Notes under the pieces: generated by a model
What the model saw: only the letters and a program-made list of their open reading frames with translations
Database searches by the model: none
Told to the model about the DNA's origin: nothing
Source of the DNA: Coriobacteriales bacterium
Lineage (GTDB): Bacteria; Actinomycetota; Coriobacteriia; Coriobacteriales; UBA8131
DNA: 64,000 nt
Assembly: GCA_031264075.1 (NCBI GenBank)
Contig: JAISEO010000099.1
Span: 13,666 to 77,665 of the forward strand
Direction: 5' to 3'
Shown here: positions 26,687-35,710 of the stretch, piece after piece
Numbering within the stretch: the first letter of the stretch is position 1
Layout of the letters: each line of letters starts with the position of its first letter
Made by a program: the position numbers and the translations under genes

Positions 26687-27565
26687 CTACGGGCCCTCAA
26701 GCGGATGCATGAGGGCAAAATCGAGAACGGCCACGTCCATGCGCCAGGTCATCAGAATGGGACTGTTGGGGTCAGAGGCCGAAGGCGCGGTGAACACGAC
26801 GGCCCTGCTTCCTTCGTAGCCCCAGTTTGCCCCGATGTTATAGAGAAGACTCGCGTCCCACCCCAGCTCTATCAGGAGCAGCTTCGTAAACTCGGCGTAC
26901 TTGCCGCCTCCACACATGAGGAAGATGGCCCGGTCTTTGGGAAAGAGATCCTCCAGCACCGCGAGGGATTCCTCGTAGTTTGCGGTTGCGCTCAGCAGCG
27001 TCTCGCCCTCCCAGGCCACGGTAAAGAGTGTGTCTCCCGCATACATGCCGGCAATATCACTCTGAGGGAGCGTGCCGAGGTAGGGGTAGGACACAATCCT
27101 GAATCCCGGGAGCGATTGCGTCAGCGCGGGCTTTCCTCCCACTGAGGCAAAGTCTGCGGGATCGTAGAGCATCCGCATATCCCGATAGGCCACGTCCGCC
27201 CTGCCGAGCCACTGGTCTATGGTCTCCTGATTTATCGTGGCGTCCACCGTTGCTCCCTCAGAAGGAGGGGGCAGGGGAGCGAGTGCCTCCGTATCCGGTT
27301 CACTCCCTGTACCTGATTGCTGTTCACTGCCTGATACGCCCGAACTGAGTGAGGGTCCTGCCCCCGTCAGTTCGTTGGGAGAACAGGCCGAGAGAGCACC
27401 AGCTGAGAGAAGGCAGACTGAGAGGACTGCTGCCAGCAGTACGGCGGCAAGTAAGCTGCGTGAAGGCAAGAGATTCTTGATGAGCGATGACCCTCCGACA
27501 AACAATGGCTGAAGCGTGGATGACGACCTTCGCGAACTGCAGGCTGTGGCTTTCATCTTTTTCAT
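26687..27565 (-). CDS. Exported rhodanese-like lipoprotein
   Basis: Lipobox LSACS. The C-terminal domain VAYRDMRM...PGFRIVSYPYL...AIFLMCGGGKYAEF...NIGANWGY fits a rhodanese fold with a C-G-G-G-K loop. ATGA overlap with the psrC-like gene. Confidence 0.65.
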   Translation of the reverse strand: MKKMKATACSSRRSSSTLQPLFVGGSSLIKNLLPSRSLLAAVLLAAVLSVCLLSAGALSACSPNELTGAGPSLSSGVSGSEQQSGTGSEPDTEALAPLPPPSEGATVDATINQETIDQWLGRADVAYRDMRMLYDPADFASVGGKPALTQSLPGFRIVSYPYLGTLPQSDIAGMYAGDTLFTVAWEGETLLSATANYEESLAVLEDLFPKDRAIFLMCGGGKYAEFTKLLLIELGWDASLLYNIGANWGYEGSRAVVFTAPSASDPNSPILMTWRMDVAVLDFALMHPLEGP

Positions 27566-28725
27566 GCCAGCTCCTCGCTTACCAACACGCTCTCGTTCTG
27601 GGCCGCACGGTGAGCAACGATCTGCATACCCACAAGCACGATGAGCAGCACGAAGCCAACATAGCCCACACAGGCACCCAGCTCAAGGAGGCTGGGCATA
27701 TACGTGGAGAGGGTTCCGTCCGCCAGAACGGCCTGACCGGAGAGCAGCGTCATCAGCTTGCCGAGAAAGACACCCACGATGGCAAGCACAGCTGCACAGG
27801 AGATGCTGACACGCGTGCGCCTTATCGCTAACAGGATGAGAGGCACGAGCAACCCAAGTAGTATCTGTCCCCAGAAAAGCGGTGCCAGGCCGCCGACTAC
27901 CATAACGGCGATGGTCGTCGCTTCGATACCGCTCCCCAGATACGCCCCGACGAGCACGTCCACCGCGTTGACCACCAAGGCCGCGGCAAGGAGCGCAAGA
28001 AGCGCATTGACCAGCCGCTTTTCCTCTTGCGGCACGCGTGAGATAAGAAGAATCAGCGCCAGGGCCGCAATCATACCTTCCAGCACAAACAGGATAGGGA
28101 TGCCGATATTCAGGGACCAGTGAGGCGTGCCCACGCTTACCGCCAGCACGCAACCCTCGGTGATGGTGACCGCGAGCCCAAAGACAATTCCGAGACAACC
28201 CAAGGCCCTTTTAGGCTCACGCTTGAACAGGATTATGAGCGAAATAAGTGCTGCCAGCGCGATAAAATAGAAGTCCCATACAAAGAGCGAGTTGAACTGC
28301 GGACTGAAAATGATCGAGAACACGCGCAACGGCGTGCCGGCATCTACGAATACAATCCAGCTCGCCACAAACAGGCAGGCAAACGAGATGATCGAGAGGA
28401 ACTTTCTCTGCGCGTACACGCCCGGGAGTACACCGAAGAGCGAGAGGCCCGTGACTGCCAGCAGGCTGCTCCCAATACCGGCAGAGAGAAAGAACAGATC
28501 GATGTTGAGGCCCCAGGTCACCAGTCCTTCCCCAAATTGTACCGTGGTCATCTGTATGACCCAGGAAGGAATACCCACAATGAGGCACAGTAAGGCGATG
28601 ATGCCTGCCAGCAGCTGCGCGCGTGTGAATCGTGGTCTTTTTGCCTGAGTCACCGCGTCAAGCGGAGCTTTGGTATGTGTTGCCTGCGCTGTGTGAGCCG
28701 TTGCCTTTTCCTGTTGTGTTGTCAT
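27562..28725 (-). CDS. NrfD/PsrC-family polytopic membrane (quinol-interacting) subunit
   Basis: 387-aa highly hydrophobic protein, encoded 12 nt downstream of the Fe-S subunit gene. This is the usual position and size for PsrC/NrfD/DmsC-type anchors. Confidence 0.82.
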   Translation of the reverse strand: MTTQQEKATAHTAQATHTKAPLDAVTQAKRPRFTRAQLLAGIIALLCLIVGIPSWVIQMTTVQFGEGLVTWGLNIDLFFLSAGIGSSLLAVTGLSLFGVLPGVYAQRKFLSIISFACLFVASWIVFVDAGTPLRVFSIIFSPQFNSLFVWDFYFIALAALISLIILFKREPKRALGCLGIVFGLAVTITEGCVLAVSVGTPHWSLNIGIPILFVLEGMIAALALILLISRVPQEEKRLVNALLALLAAALVVNAVDVLVGAYLGSGIEATTIAVMVVGGLAPLFWGQILLGLLVPLILLAIRRTRVSISCAAVLAIVGVFLGKLMTLLSGQAVLADGTLSTYMPSLLELGACVGYVGFVLLIVLVGMQIVAHRAAQNESVLVSEELA

Positions 28726-28737
28726 GAGATCCTCCTT

Positions 28738-29343
28738 CTAGCTTATGTAGCGAACGCTTGGCCCGGTGCCCAGGTCTTCTTGCAGGCCATGCGCCTGATG
28801 TTGCAGTACGAGGTGTGCAATCGTGCTGGTGGGGTCGGCCAGGTCACCAAAAATGCGTGCGCGCGCCGGACAGGCCTTTGAACAGGCTGGTTCCTTGCCC
28901 TCGGCTATCCGATCGTTGCAGAGGATGCATTTCTCGACCGTGCCCGCTTCGTGCAGGAACTCCTTTGTTTCCTCAAAACCGGTCTTAATGCCCAGCTCGG
29001 GGTAATAGCCCTCGGTGGACATCAGGAAGGTTCTCGCATCATAAGGGCAGGCCGCCACGCAATAGCGACATCCCATGCACCGCTCCTTATCCACCGTTAC
29101 TATGCCGTTTTCGGCCACCACGGTAGCACCAACCGGACACACCTCCGCACACGGCGCGTTGGCACAGTGGTTACACATCACCGGCTGGTACTTCATCCTC
29201 GCGTTGGGATAGCTGCCTTCCTCCCAGCGCTCCACATGGTTCCAGAACACACCGGGCGCTGTTCCATGAATCTGTTTGCAGGCAACAGCGCAGGCATTGC
29301 ATCCCACGCATCTGCTCGTGTCTATGACCATTCCGTATCTCAT
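28738..29343 (-). CDS. 4Fe-4S ferredoxin-type electron-transfer subunit (PsrB/NrfC/DmsB family)
   Basis: MRYGMVIDTSRCVGCNACAVACK..., CNHCANAPCAEVCP, CMGCRYCVAACP, CILCNDRIAEGKEPACSKACP. That is four cluster motifs. Confidence 0.92.
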   Translation of the reverse strand: MRYGMVIDTSRCVGCNACAVACKQIHGTAPGVFWNHVERWEEGSYPNARMKYQPVMCNHCANAPCAEVCPVGATVVAENGIVTVDKERCMGCRYCVAACPYDARTFLMSTEGYYPELGIKTGFEETKEFLHEAGTVEKCILCNDRIAEGKEPACSKACPARARIFGDLADPTSTIAHLVLQHQAHGLQEDLGTGPSVRYIS

Positions 29344-29370
29344 GCTCTACCTCACTTTGCTCTTGGGTGT

Positions 29371-32067
29371 CTACGCCCTGGTTACTTTAAGCCGGGGGCT
29401 GGTATCGATGGCACCGGTGATGACATCCACCGCGTCCCAGCCTGTGGACAGAAGGTGGTTATAGGGTATGCTCCGTTTCATCCGGGGATTGATGCCGTGA
29501 CCCACATGCCCGTTGCCGCCGGCAATGCCGAGGCAATCAGGGTGAAGGAGCTCGGTCGTGTGTACGGGGTAGGGGCCAATCCTCACGCCGCCCCTGTTCT
29601 CCACATAGACCTCGTCACCCTCCGCAAGGCCCTTTTTCTCGGCGGTTTGGGTATTAAGACAGATCTTACCAAATTCGGGCCGGGTCTCCATCGCCTCCAC
29701 ACTCCAGGGGTTACCGCTTGGCCCACTCACATCAAAGATCATCTCAGGGGTCTTGTACAGCACCCCGAGCAGGTCGAATTCGCTGGAGGTTTCAACCGCA
29801 TGGGTCGGCCTCCACTGGGGAATGCCGCGGTAGTAGAAATCGATGAGTTCATTGTCCCAACCGGGATGCTCCACGCCTGCCTCTCTCATGCCGGCTCGCA
29901 GTTGGTCTCCGGCCCGCTTGAAGTAGATATTGAAGAGCGGATGCCTCGTCTGGCTGCCCGGCCAGTAGCTGTAATTGAATACCTTGTCGCCGGATACTTC
30001 CTCGTAGGCAAAACCGGTTTCCGCAAAGGTGTCGAGCGTCATCTCGTCGCCATAGCGCGTCCTGAGCCAGCGGTCTATGACTTCCTCCTGCGTGGGCTTG
30101 GTGCCCAGATCAAGCCAGAGATCCGGCCGTATCCCCAGGATGATATTGGTGAGAAAGACCAGCTGGCCGGGGCCGTAGAGCATCTCCATCCGCTCTGCCA
30201 CGTCCATCCACACCTCGTCGATCCAACGGTTATCAAACACCGGGTCGATGATGTGCTTATGACCAAAGGTGCTGTTGACCAGCTGCGGATGGCCGGGCCG
30301 GTACATGTCAAAGTTATAGACAGCCGCCTGTTCGATATAGGTGCTGTCAGGGATCACGAGGTCGGCGAACAGGGCGTGTTCATCGATGTGATAACTGAAG
30401 GTGGCGATGAACTGGTACTCTCGTAGCGCCGCGGACGTGCGCTCGGGGTCGCCAGCCTTGTTGAAGTAGTTTGCCCCCACGCTGATGAACATCTCCGGCT
30501 TGTAATCCGCCTGATACCGCTCAGGCTCAAGCAGGGCATCGTTGACCCTGAAGGCGTTGTCAAAGCCATAGGGCACAAACTCCTGCGCCTGAAACATCTC
30601 ATGAGGAAACTGCCACGGCCACATCCTCGTATGAAAGTTCTCCGGTATAACGACGCCGTCCGCGTCGGGTGTGAGGGCGCCCGGGTCAGAGGCAACCACA
30701 TTACCGCCCGGCACCGCCACGGCCCCTATGAGCTGGTTGACGAGCATGGCCGTCCAGAAGGCCACGTGACCATCGCGGTGATTGGTCATGCCGCGGCTGA
30801 GAAACACGCAGGCCGGCCTGAGTGGCAGCTCATTGCCATTGATGACAACCGTTGAGCCAATGAGCGCATTGTCGAGCAGATCGCGCGCCTGGGTGCGGAT
30901 GTTGGCCGCGGGAACCGTGGTAATCTCCTCTGCCCACTCGGGCGTATAGTCCGTTGTACCCTGCTTGAGCAGATGGAAGCTGGGCGAAACCTTCTCGCCC
31001 TGCACCGTGTAGACACCCTCAAGGGCAAAGTCATTGATCGTGGGATCGTCGAAGGCCTTGGGCGCAGCGTCAACGGAGTCCCAGATGAGCGGCTTGCCCG
31101 CTTCGTTTCTCAGATAGTCGCTCTGCGCCTCATTGATGAGGTAGGAGCCCGTTGTGCGGTTCTTGAGAAACCACGCGTCGTAACGGTCTTCCTCATGCAG
31201 GATAACGTTGATGAGGGCAAGCAGATAGGCCAGGTCGGTTCCCGGTCTGATGGGCTGCCATTCGCCCAGCTCAGCCTCAGGCGAACAGCGCGGATCCACC
31301 ACCACCATGCGGGTGCCATTCTTCAGGGCATCTACGATATAGCTTGTAGCTCCGTCGCCCGGGGCAATGTTGGGAGCGGAGGTTCCTCCCACGGCAAGGA
31401 TGTACTTTCCGTAGGCAAAGTCGGGATACTGAGCAAAACCGCCCTGCACCAGAGAGTTGCTCAGATGCACCGAGCACAGAGCGCCCGTGATCATGCCGGT
31501 ATTGGGGGTGCCAAAGGTGGCCGGCACGATGCCGTACATGCCCGTGATGAGATTGTAAAACACGGGAAATCCATGCATCCACACGAGCTTGCGGGAATCG
31601 TCCGCACGCAGCGCCGCCATCTTTTCCGCGAGCATCCCAATGGCCTCATCCCAGCCTATCTCCACCCAGCCGGGGTCAACGTCTAGCCCCTTCTCTGGGT
31701 TTGTGCGAATCATCGGTGTCTTGACCCTATAAGGGTTGTAGACAAAGGCCGGGGCCGCCTGTCCTCGCACACAGCACTTGCCCTCGTTCCACGGGCCGTT
31801 GGGATTACCCTCTACCTCGGTAAGCACGCCGTCCTCAACGGTATAGTTGAGGCTGCACCGGGCAAAGTGACACGAGTGGCACAGTCCCGGCGTCACTGTT
31901 TTGGTGGGGGCCTCGGCGGCAAGCGCCTCCCTGAACATGCCTTCTGTTGCCTGAAGCAAGGGGAGAAAGCCAGCTTCTGTTGCTGCTCCCGCTACTCCCG
32001 CTGCTACGGCTGTTCCGGCAAGCACGCCCGCAGTCGTCTTAACAAAACTCCTTCTGCTGATGTCCAT
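29371..32067 (-). CDS. Tat-exported molybdopterin (Mo/W-bisPGD) oxidoreductase catalytic subunit, Psr/Phs/Ttr-like
   Basis: Twin-arginine leader MDISRRSFVKTTAGVLAG.... N-terminal Fe-S Cys group CHSCHFARC...KCC. 898 aa, with the domain order expected for the DMSO reductase superfamily. Confidence 0.9.
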   Translation of the reverse strand: MDISRRSFVKTTAGVLAGTAVAAGVAGAATEAGFLPLLQATEGMFREALAAEAPTKTVTPGLCHSCHFARCSLNYTVEDGVLTEVEGNPNGPWNEGKCCVRGQAAPAFVYNPYRVKTPMIRTNPEKGLDVDPGWVEIGWDEAIGMLAEKMAALRADDSRKLVWMHGFPVFYNLITGMYGIVPATFGTPNTGMITGALCSVHLSNSLVQGGFAQYPDFAYGKYILAVGGTSAPNIAPGDGATSYIVDALKNGTRMVVVDPRCSPEAELGEWQPIRPGTDLAYLLALINVILHEEDRYDAWFLKNRTTGSYLINEAQSDYLRNEAGKPLIWDSVDAAPKAFDDPTINDFALEGVYTVQGEKVSPSFHLLKQGTTDYTPEWAEEITTVPAANIRTQARDLLDNALIGSTVVINGNELPLRPACVFLSRGMTNHRDGHVAFWTAMLVNQLIGAVAVPGGNVVASDPGALTPDADGVVIPENFHTRMWPWQFPHEMFQAQEFVPYGFDNAFRVNDALLEPERYQADYKPEMFISVGANYFNKAGDPERTSAALREYQFIATFSYHIDEHALFADLVIPDSTYIEQAAVYNFDMYRPGHPQLVNSTFGHKHIIDPVFDNRWIDEVWMDVAERMEMLYGPGQLVFLTNIILGIRPDLWLDLGTKPTQEEVIDRWLRTRYGDEMTLDTFAETGFAYEEVSGDKVFNYSYWPGSQTRHPLFNIYFKRAGDQLRAGMREAGVEHPGWDNELIDFYYRGIPQWRPTHAVETSSEFDLLGVLYKTPEMIFDVSGPSGNPWSVEAMETRPEFGKICLNTQTAEKKGLAEGDEVYVENRGGVRIGPYPVHTTELLHPDCLGIAGGNGHVGHGINPRMKRSIPYNHLLSTGWDAVDVITGAIDTSPRLKVTRA

Positions 32068-32176
32068 ACTTCCTTCTCCTTATCCTTCGATCTTGTCTTT
32101 TGGTCTTGGCTCTCTGGTGTAGTTCACTCACATCCTTCGCTTGCACGCACAGCCAATCGAGTGCGCGGGCATAGCT

Positions 32177-33154
32177 TCAGTCAGGTCCCTTGTTACCCGC
32201 CCTGGTAGTTTCTTGAACGGGTTCGTGTGTGGATTCGTGTGTGGATTCGCATACAGCCTCGTGGGAAAGTGCCTGGGCAGATTCCCGTATTGATTCGCAT
32301 GCGATTTCGTGGGAGAGTAGCCGTGCAATCTCCTGCGCGACACAGCCCCGTACGAGCAGCAAGTGTCCTCGGAAGAAATCTGACTGGATCAAGGGGAGGG
32401 TCACTTCAACATAGGACGGTACCCACCTGCCGATATGCTCCGATACAAACTCCCTCTGCAAAGTGAGCAGCATGTGTCTGTCTGGCTCGTCGTCTGCCTC
32501 CTGCGTTATGAGCCTTTGGTAGTACCCAAGCTCTATGCCCACGTAATCTGGCCGCTCCCCCGCGGCAACCGCGAGTCCTGAACTCTGGTAGGCTCGGGTG
32601 AGCGACAGGAGTACGGCTGGCGCGGGCTGCCCGGAGAGCCATTCTGCCTCGTAGGGAGGGGTCGGGCCGGTTGCGCTCACACCACGGTAAAGCCGGGTGC
32701 GTTCAACGGCAAGCTGTGTGAGGGCGGTCTGGTGCTCTGCCTCAGCGGGCAAGCAATCTGTCGGCGACTCCTGAGAGCCCTCCCGCCTGCAGTGCTCGAC
32801 GATGTCGGTGAGAACGTCTGTCATGAGCGCAAGCCCGCGGCTGCAACTGTGCGAGTTGCCCAGGCATTCCTGTGTCTGCCGTAGAAGCTCCCGGTAGGCG
32901 CTGAGCTGATCCTCCTGCAGGCAGCTCTGTGTGGGAGCGTGCATGAAGGGCCAGACGGCGCAGCCGAGAAGCAAGGCCCTCAAGGAGCAAGGCATACGAG
33001 TAACAGGTACGCCGGTTACACTGGCCTTTGAGGATGCCGCATTGTGGGCGAGCAGGTCGCCAGACGCCGAAGCACCAGCTAGATGAGAGTTGGCGATGTG
33101 AGTGTTGGCCATTGTCTTATGTTTGGTAGGCTTTGCGGGTTTTGCAGGTTTCAT
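32177..33154 (-). CDS. TorD/DmsD-family redox-enzyme maturation chaperone-like protein with repetitive Cys/His tail
   Basis: Core ...RLYRGVSATGPTPPYEAEW...ERPDYVGIELGYYQRL...FFRGHLLL resembles TorD-family chaperones. The position upstream of the Tat molybdoenzyme fits. The tail is LSHEIACESIRES...LSHEAVCESTHESTHE. Confidence 0.6.
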   Translation of the reverse strand: MKPAKPAKPTKHKTMANTHIANSHLAGASASGDLLAHNAASSKASVTGVPVTRMPCSLRALLLGCAVWPFMHAPTQSCLQEDQLSAYRELLRQTQECLGNSHSCSRGLALMTDVLTDIVEHCRREGSQESPTDCLPAEAEHQTALTQLAVERTRLYRGVSATGPTPPYEAEWLSGQPAPAVLLSLTRAYQSSGLAVAAGERPDYVGIELGYYQRLITQEADDEPDRHMLLTLQREFVSEHIGRWVPSYVEVTLPLIQSDFFRGHLLLVRGCVAQEIARLLSHEIACESIRESAQALSHEAVCESTHESTHEPVQETTRAGNKGPD

Positions 33155-33236
33155 TAGCTTTTCCTTCTATTTTATGTAGACCAGTCACTATATTAAGGGC
33201 AACAAGGCTGCGCCTGTGGTTCGCGATAGCATCTTA

Positions 33237-33818
33237 TCAGTTGACCGCCAGCATCCCGGCTACCGCGGTTCTGGCCCTTTCCAAATACTTGGGATCCTCG
33301 AAGATAATGGCCATGTTAATGCTCCCGTCAATGAGTGTTTCAATGGCTATGGCCAGTTGGCGCGCTTGCGCCCGGTCATACCCTCCCTCAAGCAGCTTCT
33401 GCTCATAGAGCGAGATCCACATTTCAAGTGCCTGGACAGACGCCTGTCTGAGTTCCTCGCTTACCTGTACTGTTTCAAGCGCTAACAGCGTCACCGAAAA
33501 ATGCCCCTGCTCGCTGAATATGCTTTTCTTGAGCTTGCGGAGATGATTATCGAAGGCTTCAGCAGCGTTTTTGTGCTGCGCCATGCTTATCCTAATGTTT
33601 TCGGTGACGAGCAGCTCTGCCCTTCGCAGTACTTCCAGAGCAATCTCTTCCTTGCCTCCGGGAAAGTGATAGTAGAGTGACCCCTTGGGAGTGTGACTGT
33701 CTTCAATGATCTGATTGACACCGACCGCGTGATAGCCATATTTTTGAAACAGCACGAATGCCGTATCAACGATTCGACTCTTTGTCTCTGCTCCATTGCT
33801 CATTACGTCCTCCTGCAA
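33237..33818 (-). CDS. TetR/AcrR family transcriptional regulator
   Basis: TKSRIVDTAFVLFQKYGYHAVGVNQIIEDSHTPKGSLYYHFPGGKEEI is the TetR HTH signature. Confidence 0.9.
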   Translation of the reverse strand: MQEDVMSNGAETKSRIVDTAFVLFQKYGYHAVGVNQIIEDSHTPKGSLYYHFPGGKEEIALEVLRRAELLVTENIRISMAQHKNAAEAFDNHLRKLKKSIFSEQGHFSVTLLALETVQVSEELRQASVQALEMWISLYEQKLLEGGYDRAQARQLAIAIETLIDGSINMAIIFEDPKYLERARTAVAGMLAVN

Positions 33819-33924
33819 TAGATTATACAGAACGGTCTAGCGATTGCAAGTCTTTTTTTTGAGAAAGTTTGATACAATTCTCCGCAGCTGTAGCGCTCAG
33901 ATCCTATCCCACAAGAGGAAGCTG

Positions 33925-34944
33925 TCAACCCAGCAGATTTTCTCGTAACAGGCGCTTGAACCGCTCGGGCTCGTCGCCGAGCGGGCTGTGTGCGCTCTCC
34001 TCAAACCAGAGCAGCTCCTTGACGGGCGCATCGATAACGGCAAAGTATTCCTCCACCAACGCAGCCGGGGTATTACGGTCGGCGCGCCCCTGAAAGATGA
34101 AATAGGGCATGACAAACCGGCGGGCCTCCCTGCGGAAGTCATAGTTGACCAGCTCAGGCCACATGGTCGCGAGCACCAGCGTGCTGCCCCTGAGATAGCC
34201 CCAGACATCCTCCACGCTATATTCTTTTGAAAGCAGGACGGGCTTAATATAGGAGTTAAAGAAGCCCTCTCCCTTGCGTGTGCTGCCGCCGTATGTGGAA
34301 AGGATCCGGCGCTGTGCGAGAAGGCCTTTGAGCCCGCCGCGGTACTGTCCCCGCTCAGGCGGCCCTATGCGTTCCAGCGTATCGAGACTCCGCTGGTCTG
34401 CGGCTTTGCGCGCCTCCTGCACCGTGAACTCCCAACTGAGTTGCTCATTCTGTACACCATCGACCACCTGGCCACAGCCCACGTAGGCGGCGATGTGCTC
34501 CGGGTAGCGGTACGCCAGCAGGGTGCCCAACTGACTGCCCCAGCTGCCGCCCAAGATGTTGATTTTAGCAGCCCCAAACTGCTCGCACAGCCACTCCACC
34601 AGCTCATGGGCGTCCTCCACGAGGCGGTCAACCGTCAGCGTGACAGGGTCAACTCCCTTATACGATCCGGCGCAGCCGCGTTGATCCCAGGCCACCACAA
34701 CAAAGTCGCGCGCAAGATCGCCGTGTTGGGTCATGATACTGTGACGGTTGCTCATACCGGGGCCGCCGTGCAACACCAAAAGGATAGGAGCGTCAGGATC
34801 GGTAAAACGGATATGGAGTTTCTGGGGAAAGCCGCCCAAAACTACCTTCTGGATATGGTCGGTTTGACAAACAGGCAGGCGCGAAGCCTGGTTGGCTGGC
34901 TGGTAAGCCCCCGAAGGACTCTTCTGATTCTGGCAAGCAGTCAT
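33925..34944 (-). CDS. Alpha/beta hydrolase (proline iminopeptidase-like)
   Basis: LVLHGGPGMS oxyanion region and nucleophile elbow GGSWGS. 339 aa. Confidence 0.82.
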   Translation of the reverse strand: MTACQNQKSPSGAYQPANQASRLPVCQTDHIQKVVLGGFPQKLHIRFTDPDAPILLVLHGGPGMSNRHSIMTQHGDLARDFVVVAWDQRGCAGSYKGVDPVTLTVDRLVEDAHELVEWLCEQFGAAKINILGGSWGSQLGTLLAYRYPEHIAAYVGCGQVVDGVQNEQLSWEFTVQEARKAADQRSLDTLERIGPPERGQYRGGLKGLLAQRRILSTYGGSTRKGEGFFNSYIKPVLLSKEYSVEDVWGYLRGSTLVLATMWPELVNYDFRREARRFVMPYFIFQGRADRNTPAALVEEYFAVIDAPVKELLWFEESAHSPLGDEPERFKRLLRENLLG

Positions 34945-35148
34945 GATGCTCCTTTCCCATAAGAATGCAGGCTAAGGTTCGCTCTCCCTACAGTCATTGC
35001 GAGCAAGGTTGACCTGTAGAGTGAATCTCGTATTGTACATGTTATTTCACTTATAAGTGTGGTATTGTAACAGAAGGCAATTCATCCGCAAACCTTTTTG
35101 CTTTGAGAAAGATCTCGGATGCAGAGAACGGAACCTTTGGAGGAAAGC

Positions 35149-35703
35149 ATGAACCACCTGCCCCTGACCACCTATGAGAATGCCAGCCCCGAGGTCAAAA
35201 AGGAATACGACTACTGGACACAGCGCTCGGGCCGCATCACCAATATGAAGCGCCTGATGCTGCAGGATCCTCCCACCTATAAGGTCTTCATGACCTGGTA
35301 CGACCTGTATGAACGGCTCGTCGAGCTCGTCGGCGAGCGTGCGGCCAATCTGTACTGCTACGCCATCTCCACCGCTAACCACTGCCTGCTCTGCTCGACG
35401 TTCTTCCGGCAGATATTCGTTGACGCCGGGGAGAGCCCCGAGGCGTTTACCCTCGATGAGACTGAGCAGCTTCTCTACGACCTGGGCAGCGCCATAGCAA
35501 CGGATCCCAACCATATCCCCACGGATGTCTACGAGCGCTTGGAGTTGCGGTTCAACACCCAGGAGCTTGTCCTCATCTATGGCTTTGGCGCACAGATGGT
35601 GGCCACCAATTACTTCAACATGATAAGTAGGGTAGCGGTTGACGATGTGCTGGAGCCCTATATGACACCCGAGTTCCTCGCACAGGTCGTTTCAGAAGGG
35701 TAG
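35149..35703 (+). CDS. Carboxymuconolactone decarboxylase / AhpD-like family protein
   Basis: Helical protein with the ...AISTANHCLLCSTFF... C-x-x-C motif. Start chosen at MNHLPL (TGGAGGAA RBS); the ORF is open from 35119. Confidence 0.6.
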   Translation: MNHLPLTTYENASPEVKKEYDYWTQRSGRITNMKRLMLQDPPTYKVFMTWYDLYERLVELVGERAANLYCYAISTANHCLLCSTFFRQIFVDAGESPEAFTLDETEQLLYDLGSAIATDPNHIPTDVYERLELRFNTQELVLIYGFGAQMVATNYFNMISRVAVDDVLEPYMTPEFLAQVVSEG

Positions 35704-35710
35704 GATACGG

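Noticed and set aside
29371-32067. Checked both molybdoenzyme genes (also 58086-60743) for in-frame TGA selenocysteine codons or frameshifts.
   Set aside because: Both ORFs are continuous from a plausible RBS/start to the stop. There is no interrupted frame or split ORF pattern.
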